64,000 nt of DNA from Oscillospiraceae bacterium. Lineage in GTDB: Bacteria > Bacillota > Clostridia > Oscillospirales > Ruminococcaceae. The translations under genes and the position numbers were made by a program. This document shows, piece after piece, positions 31,142 through 39,476 of this stretch (position 1 is its first letter; the number at the start of each line of letters is the position of its first letter). The notes under the pieces were generated by a model, which was not told where the DNA came from, made no database searches, and saw nothing but the letters and a program-made list of their open reading frames with translations. The stretch lies in NCBI GenBank assembly GCA_017468865.1, contig JAFUHM010000054.1:3252-67251 (forward strand), written 5' to 3'.

Positions 31142-31771
31142 ATGTTGGATCTTACACAAGGTCAGTTCGTCAGACACGTAGTTATGCACCCCTTCGAGGG
31201 ATTTGAGGATCTGCGCTGGAAAAAGTCGGGCGACATGAGGATAGCGACCGCTATCGTGTGTCTCCTGTTCTTCCAGCAGCTGGCTTACAGCAGACTTTAC
31301 GGCTTCCAGTACTATTCAAGCTACGATAAGGTGTTCAACATCATACCCTTCTTCTTCCGCTCATTCGGCATATTCCTGCTGTACGTCGTGTGCAACTGGG
31401 CAATGTGTACGCTGTTTGACGGCGAGGGAGCACTGAAGAATATCTACATAGTCACGGCATATTCGCTCATCCCGTACATCGCAGGATCGCTTATCGGCAC
31501 GCTGCTGTCACACGTCCTGATAAAGGATGAATACATATTCATCCAGACGGTGGAATGGATAGGGCTCGGCTGGACAGTGGTGCTGTTCATATCGGCGATG
31601 AAAGCGGTGCATCAGTTCTCGTTCTTCAAGACGATACTGCTGATAGCGCTTACGCTGGTCGCCATGGTGCTGTGCATATTCCTGCTGGTGCTGCTGCTGA
31701 CACTCTTCCAGCAGGTGCTGATATTCATATTTACGATTTATACGGAGCTGTCTTATAGGCTTAGAGTATAA
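31142..31771 (+). CDS. YIP1-family membrane protein
   Basis: HPFEGFEDLR, NWAMCTLFDGEG, YSLIP, multiple TM helices. Confidence 0.82.
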   Translation: MLDLTQGQFVRHVVMHPFEGFEDLRWKKSGDMRIATAIVCLLFFQQLAYSRLYGFQYYSSYDKVFNIIPFFFRSFGIFLLYVVCNWAMCTLFDGEGALKNIYIVTAYSLIPYIAGSLIGTLLSHVLIKDEYIFIQTVEWIGLGWTVVLFISAMKAVHQFSFFKTILLIALTLVAMVLCIFLLVLLLTLFQQVLIFIFTIYTELSYRLRV

Positions 31772-31790
31772 ACAGAAAAGTGGTGATATA

Positions 31791-34088
31791 ATGGATCTTA
31801 AGTTTAAAAAGACAGCTGCATTCCTGCTTTCTCTGCTGCTTATCGCCCCCGTGACAGCAAGCGTATATTCCGAAGACGCTCCCGCTGAAGAAGAGGTCGT
31901 GGAAGAGGCGGAGGAAAAGGAAGATAAGGAAGAGAAAGAGGAAGACGAGGAAAAGCCCCGTACCGAGGAGGAGGCCTTCGCCCTGATGGAGAAGGTCGCT
32001 GAGAACGCCAAGCTCGAGCTGTGGGCGAATGAGAAGGAAGGCACCCTTTGCCTGAAGGATCTCAAGACCAATAAGCTCTGGTGGTCAAACCCCGTTGACC
32101 TTGAGACTTCCAACGCCAAGAAATCCCAGAAACAGGATCTGGCGTCCGGCATGACCCTTATCTATGCCGAGCCCCTGAACCGTGCCACGACTACCCAGAA
32201 CAACAAGGGCAAGGGCAAGTTCAAGATGAAGAAGATCACCAACGGAGTCCATTACGAGTATTCCTTCTCGGGACCGGGCATCACCGTTCCCGTGGATGTG
32301 ACTCTTGAGGACGATCACCTCAAACTCCATGTGACCACTTCGGAGATCGTGGAGGAGCATCCCTCGAATGTGCAGGGTCAGCTCGTTTCCAATCTTGCAT
32401 TCTTTACTACCTTCGGTGCGGCAGGACTTGATGAGAAGGGCTACTTCGTAGTTCCCGACGGCAGCGGTGCGGTGATAGAGTTCAACAACGGAAAGACCGA
32501 CCTGAGGACTTACTCCGGCAAGGTCTACGGCAGGGACATTACCGCTGTCAAGCAGACCAAGACGGCTGTCACACGAAATGTATCCTTCCCTATGTACGGC
32601 ATAGTCAAAGGCGACTCCGCACTTATGGTAGTCGCTGACAAGGGAGATACAGCTGCTTCGATAAACTCCTATGTTTCAAATCAGAACAAGACCGACTACA
32701 ACTCGACCTATTTTGACTTCGAGCTGAGGACATCGGATGAATACCTGATGGGCGGCGAATCCAACCCCCTCAAGGTATTTGAGAAGAGAGGCATACTCGT
32801 TCCCGAGATCGAGGTAAGATACTATCCCGTTTCCAACGACAACGGCGGCGACATCGACTATACCGACATCGCTTCTAAGTACAGGGAATACCTTATCAAT
32901 GACAAGGGCGTTGCCGATCAGACCATAGCAGCAACATCACCCATGTACGTTGACCTCTACGGCGGCACCCTGGAGAAGAAATCCATCCTGGGCATACCCG
33001 TCACCGTAAAGGCGCCTGCCACCACCTTCAAGACCGCAAAGTACATACTTGAGACCATGAAGGGCGAGCAGATAAACGACATGGTGGTCACCTACAATAA
33101 GTTCTCCAATGAGGATCTGGGCGAGAAGATAACCGATTCCTGGTCGCCCGCAGGCAAACTCGGCGGCAATTCGGACTGGAAGAAGCTGGAGTCCTATGCC
33201 GATGCCAACGGCATACCCCTCTATCCTTCCGTTGACAACACTCAGTTCAAGACGGGCAACGGCTACTGGGATATGACAAACACCTCCATCCGAGTATCCA
33301 ACGCATACGCAAAGCTTCCTGTATACGATCTGGCGCACGGCACAGAGAACAAGTACTATACGCCTCTGTCTCTGTTCTCGCCCGCATCCTACAAGAAGGC
33401 TTACAGCAAGCTGATAAACAGCTACACCAAGAAGGGACATACGAATTTCGCATTCGGTGCGCTCTCCAACACCATCTACGGCGACTACGGCAGACAGGCG
33501 ACATCAAGAGAGCTTGCCAAGGGCATCGTGTCCGACATCTATGCCGACGCAAAGTCCAAGGGCAGCGTGCTTGCCGACAATCCCGCATCCTATGTCATTC
33601 CCTATGTGGACTACATAACGAATGTGCCCGTGGACTCAAGCAAGTTCGACCTGTTTGACCAGGATATACCCTTCTATCAGATGGTGCTTCACGGCGTGAT
33701 CCCCTACTCATCCGTAGCGGTGAACTCCGAGCCCGATATCACACGCATCGTGCTTGACTCCGTAGCTTCAGGCAGCAACCTCAGCTTTGACTTTACGGGC
33801 ATCGAGGCATCCGAACTGAAGGATACCAAGCTTGATTCGTACTTCTATTCCTACTATGCAAACTGGATCGGTGAGGCAGCGGGGCTGTACGAACTGGCAT
33901 CGGCTGTCATCGCTCCCAATGCGGATTCCTACATCATAGACTACAACATCTATGATGACGGCAACAGGATAGAGACGATCTACGCCAACGGGAACAAGAC
34001 CGAGGTCGATTACGAAAAGGGCACCATAACAGCGAACAACACCGTATACGATGTTATGGAATATGTGGGAAAGGGGGCGAGTGAGTGA
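31791..34088 (+). CDS. DUF5696-like secreted protein
   Basis: Signal peptide, acidic stretch, LWWSNP, FVVPDGSGAVI, KVYGRD, IPFYQMVLHG; typical position in this cluster type. Confidence 0.75.
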   Translation: MDLKFKKTAAFLLSLLLIAPVTASVYSEDAPAEEEVVEEAEEKEDKEEKEEDEEKPRTEEEAFALMEKVAENAKLELWANEKEGTLCLKDLKTNKLWWSNPVDLETSNAKKSQKQDLASGMTLIYAEPLNRATTTQNNKGKGKFKMKKITNGVHYEYSFSGPGITVPVDVTLEDDHLKLHVTTSEIVEEHPSNVQGQLVSNLAFFTTFGAAGLDEKGYFVVPDGSGAVIEFNNGKTDLRTYSGKVYGRDITAVKQTKTAVTRNVSFPMYGIVKGDSALMVVADKGDTAASINSYVSNQNKTDYNSTYFDFELRTSDEYLMGGESNPLKVFEKRGILVPEIEVRYYPVSNDNGGDIDYTDIASKYREYLINDKGVADQTIAATSPMYVDLYGGTLEKKSILGIPVTVKAPATTFKTAKYILETMKGEQINDMVVTYNKFSNEDLGEKITDSWSPAGKLGGNSDWKKLESYADANGIPLYPSVDNTQFKTGNGYWDMTNTSIRVSNAYAKLPVYDLAHGTENKYYTPLSLFSPASYKKAYSKLINSYTKKGHTNFAFGALSNTIYGDYGRQATSRELAKGIVSDIYADAKSKGSVLADNPASYVIPYVDYITNVPVDSSKFDLFDQDIPFYQMVLHGVIPYSSVAVNSEPDITRIVLDSVASGSNLSFDFTGIEASELKDTKLDSYFYSYYANWIGEAAGLYELASAVIAPNADSYIIDYNIYDDGNRIETIYANGNKTEVDYEKGTITANNTVYDVMEYVGKGASE

Positions 34089-34984
34089 AGAAACTGAATA
34101 TGTCATATGAGAAAAAGAAAGGGCTGTACGGCTACGGCTTCATAGGCATCTGGTTCATAGGTGCGCTGATGTTCTTCATCATCCCCGTTATCCAGTCCTT
34201 CTGGTACTCGTTCCATGACGTGACTCCCGACGTAGGGCAGCTGATAAAGAAATGGGTAGGCATAGAGAACTTCCGCCGTGCCTTTACGGTAGACCCGGAC
34301 TTCCGTGTAAATCTTACGTCGGTGCTCGGTGACACCGCATGGCAGACACCTATCATCCTGATATTCTCCCTGTTCGTGGCGATAATCATCAACCAGGAAT
34401 TCAAGGGCAGGACGTTCGCAAGAGCGGTGTTCTTCCTCCCCGTTATCATCGCAACGGGTCCTGTGTATGCGATCATCACAGGTAACCTTTCCACTTCCGG
34501 TACTGCTGATGCAGAGCAGTTCTCCTCCATGTTCTCGGCCAACATGGTAGATGAGCTCCTGGAATTTGTCGGCATCTACGGATTCAACGACAAGCTGACG
34601 GAACTTTTGTCCACCATGACATCGGATATCCTGAACCTGGTATGGAAGTGCGGTATCCAGATAATCGTCTTCCTGGCGGCATTGCAGGGCATCCCCGCAT
34701 CCGCAAAGGAAGCAGCCAATATCGAGGGTGCGACTGCATGGGAATTCTTCTGGAAGATAACCCTTCCCTATGTATCCCCCATGATACTGGTAAACCTTGT
34801 GTACACCATCATCGACACATTCGTTGCTACCGACAACAAGGTCATGACACAGGTGCTGCAGATACAGGACGACTGGAAGTACGGACTGTCCGCAGCGATG
34901 GCATGGAGCTACTTCGTGATAGTCCTTGTGGTCGTGGGCATAATCTTCGCAATAATGAACAAGATCGTTTACTACGATGACTAA
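34085..34984 (+). CDS. Carbohydrate ABC permease
   Basis: EAANIEGATAWEFFWKITLP; YGLSAAMAW. Confidence 0.93.
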   Translation: MKKLNMSYEKKKGLYGYGFIGIWFIGALMFFIIPVIQSFWYSFHDVTPDVGQLIKKWVGIENFRRAFTVDPDFRVNLTSVLGDTAWQTPIILIFSLFVAIIINQEFKGRTFARAVFFLPVIIATGPVYAIITGNLSTSGTADAEQFSSMFSANMVDELLEFVGIYGFNDKLTELLSTMTSDILNLVWKCGIQIIVFLAALQGIPASAKEAANIEGATAWEFFWKITLPYVSPMILVNLVYTIIDTFVATDNKVMTQVLQIQDDWKYGLSAAMAWSYFVIVLVVVGIIFAIMNKIVYYDD

Positions 34985-34999
34985 GTCAGGAGAAAGACT

Positions 35000-36103
35000 A
35001 TGGCAACTGAAACAATGACAGCACAGGCTGTTGATCAAAAGGGTCTTAAGTCTTTCCTGGACAAGGTCAGACCTGAGAAGAAACCCAAAGAATCCAAGCG
35101 CAGCCGCAAGGAAGAAAAGGAGCGTTTCAAGAAGAGACTTTCCACCCTTACCCCGGCTGAGCAGAAATACCTCAAGCGCAAGCAGGCGATCGAAGCTGTA
35201 TGGCCCATAGCAAGAGGACTTCTCGTGTTCGGACTGTGCTTCGTCATCATATATCCTTTGCTGTATATGGTGACTACCGCATTCAGACCCCGTTCCGAGA
35301 TGAATGACCCTACAATAATCTGGCTTTCAAAATCCTTCACCCTCTCCAACGTCAAGGACGTTATAAAGGCGATGAGTTTCTGGAAGACACTGGGCAATAC
35401 CCTCTTTATCAACATCGGCTGCTCGATAATACAGGTCATCACCTGCGCACTCACGGGCTACGGCTTCGGACGATTCAAGTTCAAGGGCAAGAACATCCTC
35501 TTTGCGGTGGTCATCATGATGATCCTCATGCCTCCGCAGATCATACTGATCCCTCAGTATATGTTCTTCCGCTACTTTAATCCTCTGGGCATATGGCACC
35601 TTATCACTCACAATTACATCAACCTCATCAATAACCCTCTGACGATGTATATGCCCGCACTTACGGCCAACGGCATCAAGGCAGGTCTGTTCATATTCCT
35701 GTTCAGACAGGCATTCAGAGGCCTCCCCAAGGAACTTGAGGATGCCGCTTACCTTGACGGCTGCTCGCCTTTCAAGACATTTGTAAGTGTCATGATACCC
35801 AATGCAGGCTCTACATTCCTTACAGTTTTCCTGCTGTCTGTGGTATGGTACTGGAACGACTACTATGTTTCCACATCCTTCTTCACAGATAACTCCACCA
35901 TCGCACTTCAGCTCAAGAATCTGGACGCATCCCTTACCCGTATAATCTTCAACAACGGTAACGTAAAGGTCAACGCCCGTGAGCTTATCGTATGGCTCGA
36001 AGCAGGATGCCTTATATCCATCACGCCTATCCTCATTATGTATATCTTCCTTCAGAAGTACTTCACAGAGGGTATCGCAAGATCGGGTCTTACAGGCATG
36101 TAA
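35000..36103 (+). CDS. Carbohydrate ABC permease
   Basis: PKELEDAAYLDG; WYWNDYY; QKYFTEGIARSG. Confidence 0.93.
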   Translation: MATETMTAQAVDQKGLKSFLDKVRPEKKPKESKRSRKEEKERFKKRLSTLTPAEQKYLKRKQAIEAVWPIARGLLVFGLCFVIIYPLLYMVTTAFRPRSEMNDPTIIWLSKSFTLSNVKDVIKAMSFWKTLGNTLFINIGCSIIQVITCALTGYGFGRFKFKGKNILFAVVIMMILMPPQIILIPQYMFFRYFNPLGIWHLITHNYINLINNPLTMYMPALTANGIKAGLFIFLFRQAFRGLPKELEDAAYLDGCSPFKTFVSVMIPNAGSTFLTVFLLSVVWYWNDYYVSTSFFTDNSTIALQLKNLDASLTRIIFNNGNVKVNARELIVWLEAGCLISITPILIMYIFLQKYFTEGIARSGLTGM

Positions 36104-36121
36104 ACAGAATAATATCATGTA

Positions 36122-36215
36122 CGGCGGAACGGCTTGGCCGTTTCGCCGCATTGATATAACCGCAGGCTATGCCCTCATTCCAACGGACAGCAGGCTCATG
36201 CCGTCTGTTGGAATG
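36122..36215. other. Two intergenic stem-loops without U-tracts
   Basis: 12-bp stem 36122-36148; long imperfect stem CATTCCAAC..GTTGGAATG 36176-36215. Confidence 0.7.
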
Positions 36216-36332
36216 CAGACATACGCTGACAAATGAGATATCCCCGAGGCAGACAACGCATTTCCATGATCTTAAAAGCGCATAGTGAGCATCCTGTCGG
36301 GTGCCTTTATCAATGTTTACACGGTGAATGAT

Positions 36333-38612
36333 ATGAATGACAGACTTTATTATACTGCCCCCGCAAAGGAGTGGCACAATGCTCTCCCTCTGGGCAACGG
36401 ACGCATAGGCGCAATGATATGGGGCATCCCCCTCGACGAGATCGTTTCCCTCAATGAGGACAGCATCTGGTCGGGGAAATACCGTGACCGCAACAATCCT
36501 AAAGCACTTGCGAATCTGGAACGCATACGGGAACTGATCCGCACGGGTCAGACCGATGAGGCGAATGCCCTGTGCGAGACTGCCTTCTACGGCTGTGCGG
36601 AACAGCAGCGGCATTATATGCCGCTGGGGGATATGCACATACACACCGAGCTTGAAGGTGAGCCCGAAGGATACAGCCACACACTCTCCCTCTCATCGGG
36701 AGTGGATGAGGTCAGCTTCACCGCAGGGGACGTCACTGTGCGCCGCACATCCTTTGTCTCATACCCCGACGGCGTGATGGTCATGCGCCTTCAGGCAGAC
36801 AGCAGGACAGGCGGCAGGGTAAGGTATTCTGTCACCATCGACGGCAGGGATGACAACTACGACAGCATCAGGGGAGTAGGCCGTGAGACGCTGCTTTTCA
36901 CCGTAACAGACGGCATCCCCTATACCTGTGCCGTCACCGCCGTGGGCGGACAGTCAGCCGCCGTGGGAGTTTCGGGCAATATCCTTGAAGCTGAGACTGA
37001 CTTTGGCGAGGATGTGATCCTCATCATAGGCGTGCAGACGGGATACCGTGCAATGGATCACTCGGAGGCTGTCCTGGATGACACGGGGCGTGCCCTTCGC
37101 ATGGGGTACGCAAGGCTTTATGAACGCCACTTGCAGGATCATGCCGCACTGTATGACAGATGCAGGCTGTCCCTTGATGCGTCCGACAGCGGCATACCCA
37201 CCAATGAGAGGCTGGAACGGCTGCGCAGAGGAGAAAGCGACAGGGGACTTGCGGAGCTGTACTTCAACTACTCACGCTACCTCATGATCGCAGGCTCCCG
37301 TCCCGGCACCCTTCCCCTCAATCTTCAGGGCATATGGAACCATGATATGTGGCCTGCGTGGGGCTGCAAATATACCATAAACATCAACACCGAGATGAAC
37401 TACTGGGGAGCAGAGATGCAGAACCTCTCCGAATGTCATCTTCCTCTGCTGTGCCACATAGAGCGTATGCGTGAGCACGGCCGTGTCACTGCCCGTGAGA
37501 TGTACGGATGCAGGGGCATGGTATGTCATCACAATACGGACATATGGGGCGATACTGCTCCGCAGGACAGATGGCTCCCTGCCACGGCATGGGTCATGGG
37601 GCTTGCGTGGCTGTGCCTGCATATATATGAGCATTATCTCTTCACACGGGACAAGGATTTCCTGCGTGAGAAGATAGACACTATGGCGGAAGCAGCCGAG
37701 TTCTTCCTTGACTTCCTTATCGAGAATGAGGAGGGGTATCTCGTCACGTCTCCCTCCCTCTCACCCGAGAATACATATATCACTCCCGAGGGGCGCAAGG
37801 GCGTTCTCTGCGAAGGCTCCACCATGGATATCCAGATACTCCGCTCCCTCTTCACGGCGGTGCTCGAGAGCTTCGATGCCGTAGGCGGAGTGGATGAGCA
37901 GACCATTTCGCAGATAAGACAGGCAAGAGAAAAGCTGCCGCCGCTGAGGGTAGGCAAGTACGGTCAGATATGCGAATGGACATACGATTATGACGAGGCT
38001 GAACCGGGGCACCGCCATATCTCACAGCTGTTCGGACTCTATCCCGCAGCATCGATAACGCCCGATACACCGCAGCTCTATGAGGCGGCAAGGGCTACCA
38101 TCGAGCGCAGGCTTTCCCACGGGGGAGGTCATACCGGCTGGTCAAGGGCGTGGATCATCAATATGTGGGCAAGGCTCCATGACGGGGAGAAGGTAGGGGA
38201 GAACATAAAGGCGCTCCTTGCCAATTCCACCGCAGACAGTATGCTTGATATGCACCCGCCTTTCCAGATAGACGGCAATTTCGGCGGCGGTGCAGGCATA
38301 TGTGAGGCACTTATCCAGTCCGTGAACGGTGTGGTGGAGCTGCTCCCTGCACTTGTACCCGACTGGAAGAAGGGGAGCCTTGCGGGAGTGAGGGCAAGAG
38401 GGGGCTTCGAGCTGTCCTTTGAATGGGAGGACGGCAGGGTCATCCATGCCGAGGTGAAGTCGCTTGCAGGCGAGACCATGAAGCTGAGGTCTGAGACCGC
38501 CATCGCCGTAAACGGCAAGGTCTGCGAATCTAAGAACGGCATATGCGAATTTCAAACACAGGCAAACAGGGTATATGATATACATTTTGGCCATGAGGCC
38601 GAAGACTGCTGA
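36333..38612 (+). CDS. GH95 alpha-L-fucosidase/alpha-L-galactosidase
   Basis: ALPLGNGRIGAM, NEDSIWSG, NLQGIWN, YTININTEMNYW, HRHISQL, GWSRAW, PPFQIDGNFG; no signal peptide seen. Confidence 0.93.
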   Translation: MNDRLYYTAPAKEWHNALPLGNGRIGAMIWGIPLDEIVSLNEDSIWSGKYRDRNNPKALANLERIRELIRTGQTDEANALCETAFYGCAEQQRHYMPLGDMHIHTELEGEPEGYSHTLSLSSGVDEVSFTAGDVTVRRTSFVSYPDGVMVMRLQADSRTGGRVRYSVTIDGRDDNYDSIRGVGRETLLFTVTDGIPYTCAVTAVGGQSAAVGVSGNILEAETDFGEDVILIIGVQTGYRAMDHSEAVLDDTGRALRMGYARLYERHLQDHAALYDRCRLSLDASDSGIPTNERLERLRRGESDRGLAELYFNYSRYLMIAGSRPGTLPLNLQGIWNHDMWPAWGCKYTININTEMNYWGAEMQNLSECHLPLLCHIERMREHGRVTAREMYGCRGMVCHHNTDIWGDTAPQDRWLPATAWVMGLAWLCLHIYEHYLFTRDKDFLREKIDTMAEAAEFFLDFLIENEEGYLVTSPSLSPENTYITPEGRKGVLCEGSTMDIQILRSLFTAVLESFDAVGGVDEQTISQIRQAREKLPPLRVGKYGQICEWTYDYDEAEPGHRHISQLFGLYPAASITPDTPQLYEAARATIERRLSHGGGHTGWSRAWIINMWARLHDGEKVGENIKALLANSTADSMLDMHPPFQIDGNFGGGAGICEALIQSVNGVVELLPALVPDWKKGSLAGVRARGGFELSFEWEDGRVIHAEVKSLAGETMKLRSETAIAVNGKVCESKNGICEFQTQANRVYDIHFGHEAEDC

Positions 38613-38647
38613 CAGGGATGTGCGGCAGGATACAAAGGGGATAAATC

Positions 38648-39427
38648 ATGAGTGAATTCTACAAGGGCAACGGGGAATACTTTATGGGGAACGACCCGTC
38701 AAATGTGACAAACGGGTATTCTTCCGCTGAGGAGCGTTCGGGATACGGGGATACCATATATGCCGAGCCCTCTGATATCAATGTGGTGGTGGACGAGCCT
38801 GTTTTCTGCATACACTGCGGTGCGGAGAACAGAAAGGGGACGACCGTGTGTCAGTTCTGCGGACTGCGCCTTACCTCGGACACAGGGGATAACGGATACT
38901 ACGACCCCAAGTCCGTCACAAGGTACGCAGGCGCAGGGACATATCAGACCAGATCTCCCTATGACGTGCCGCCCGCAAACGATCAGAACTATTACGGCGG
39001 ACACTACAACGGTCAGGGATATAATAACTACACCACACGTCAGGCAGGGGCTCCCGGTCAGAACGGCGCACATGGGATGTTCGGCGCACCCGGGGGATAC
39101 GGCGGCTCACAGCAGTACAGCGATCCCCGTACCTACAATAATTCTCAGCCGTACAACAATCAGTACGGCCGCACCAATATCAACATCAATTTCAATCAGA
39201 ACAACAATCAGAATATGTATGTGCCTGCGGGTGCCAAGAACAAGTGGGTCACATTCTTCCTCACCCTTTTCCTGGGCTGGATCGGTGTACACAGATTTTA
39301 TGAGGGAAAGATAGGATCGGGGCTTCTGTGGATGTTCACGCTGGGACTGGGAGGCTTCGGCTATTTTGTCGATCTTATCATCAACTTTGTCCGCCTGTTC
39401 TCCAGGGGCGATTACTATAATCCTTGA
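38648..39427 (+). CDS. Zinc-ribbon + low-complexity + TM2-domain protein
   Basis: FCIHCG..CQFCG; G/Y/N/Q-rich middle; KNKWVTFFLTLFLGWIGVHRFYEGKIGSG. Confidence 0.85.
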   Translation: MSEFYKGNGEYFMGNDPSNVTNGYSSAEERSGYGDTIYAEPSDINVVVDEPVFCIHCGAENRKGTTVCQFCGLRLTSDTGDNGYYDPKSVTRYAGAGTYQTRSPYDVPPANDQNYYGGHYNGQGYNNYTTRQAGAPGQNGAHGMFGAPGGYGGSQQYSDPRTYNNSQPYNNQYGRTNININFNQNNNQNMYVPAGAKNKWVTFFLTLFLGWIGVHRFYEGKIGSGLLWMFTLGLGGFGYFVDLIINFVRLFSRGDYYNP

Positions 39428-39476
39428 TACGGTCTGCACACAGGTCAGACAGTACAATCTGTAAGGAGGCGATGTC

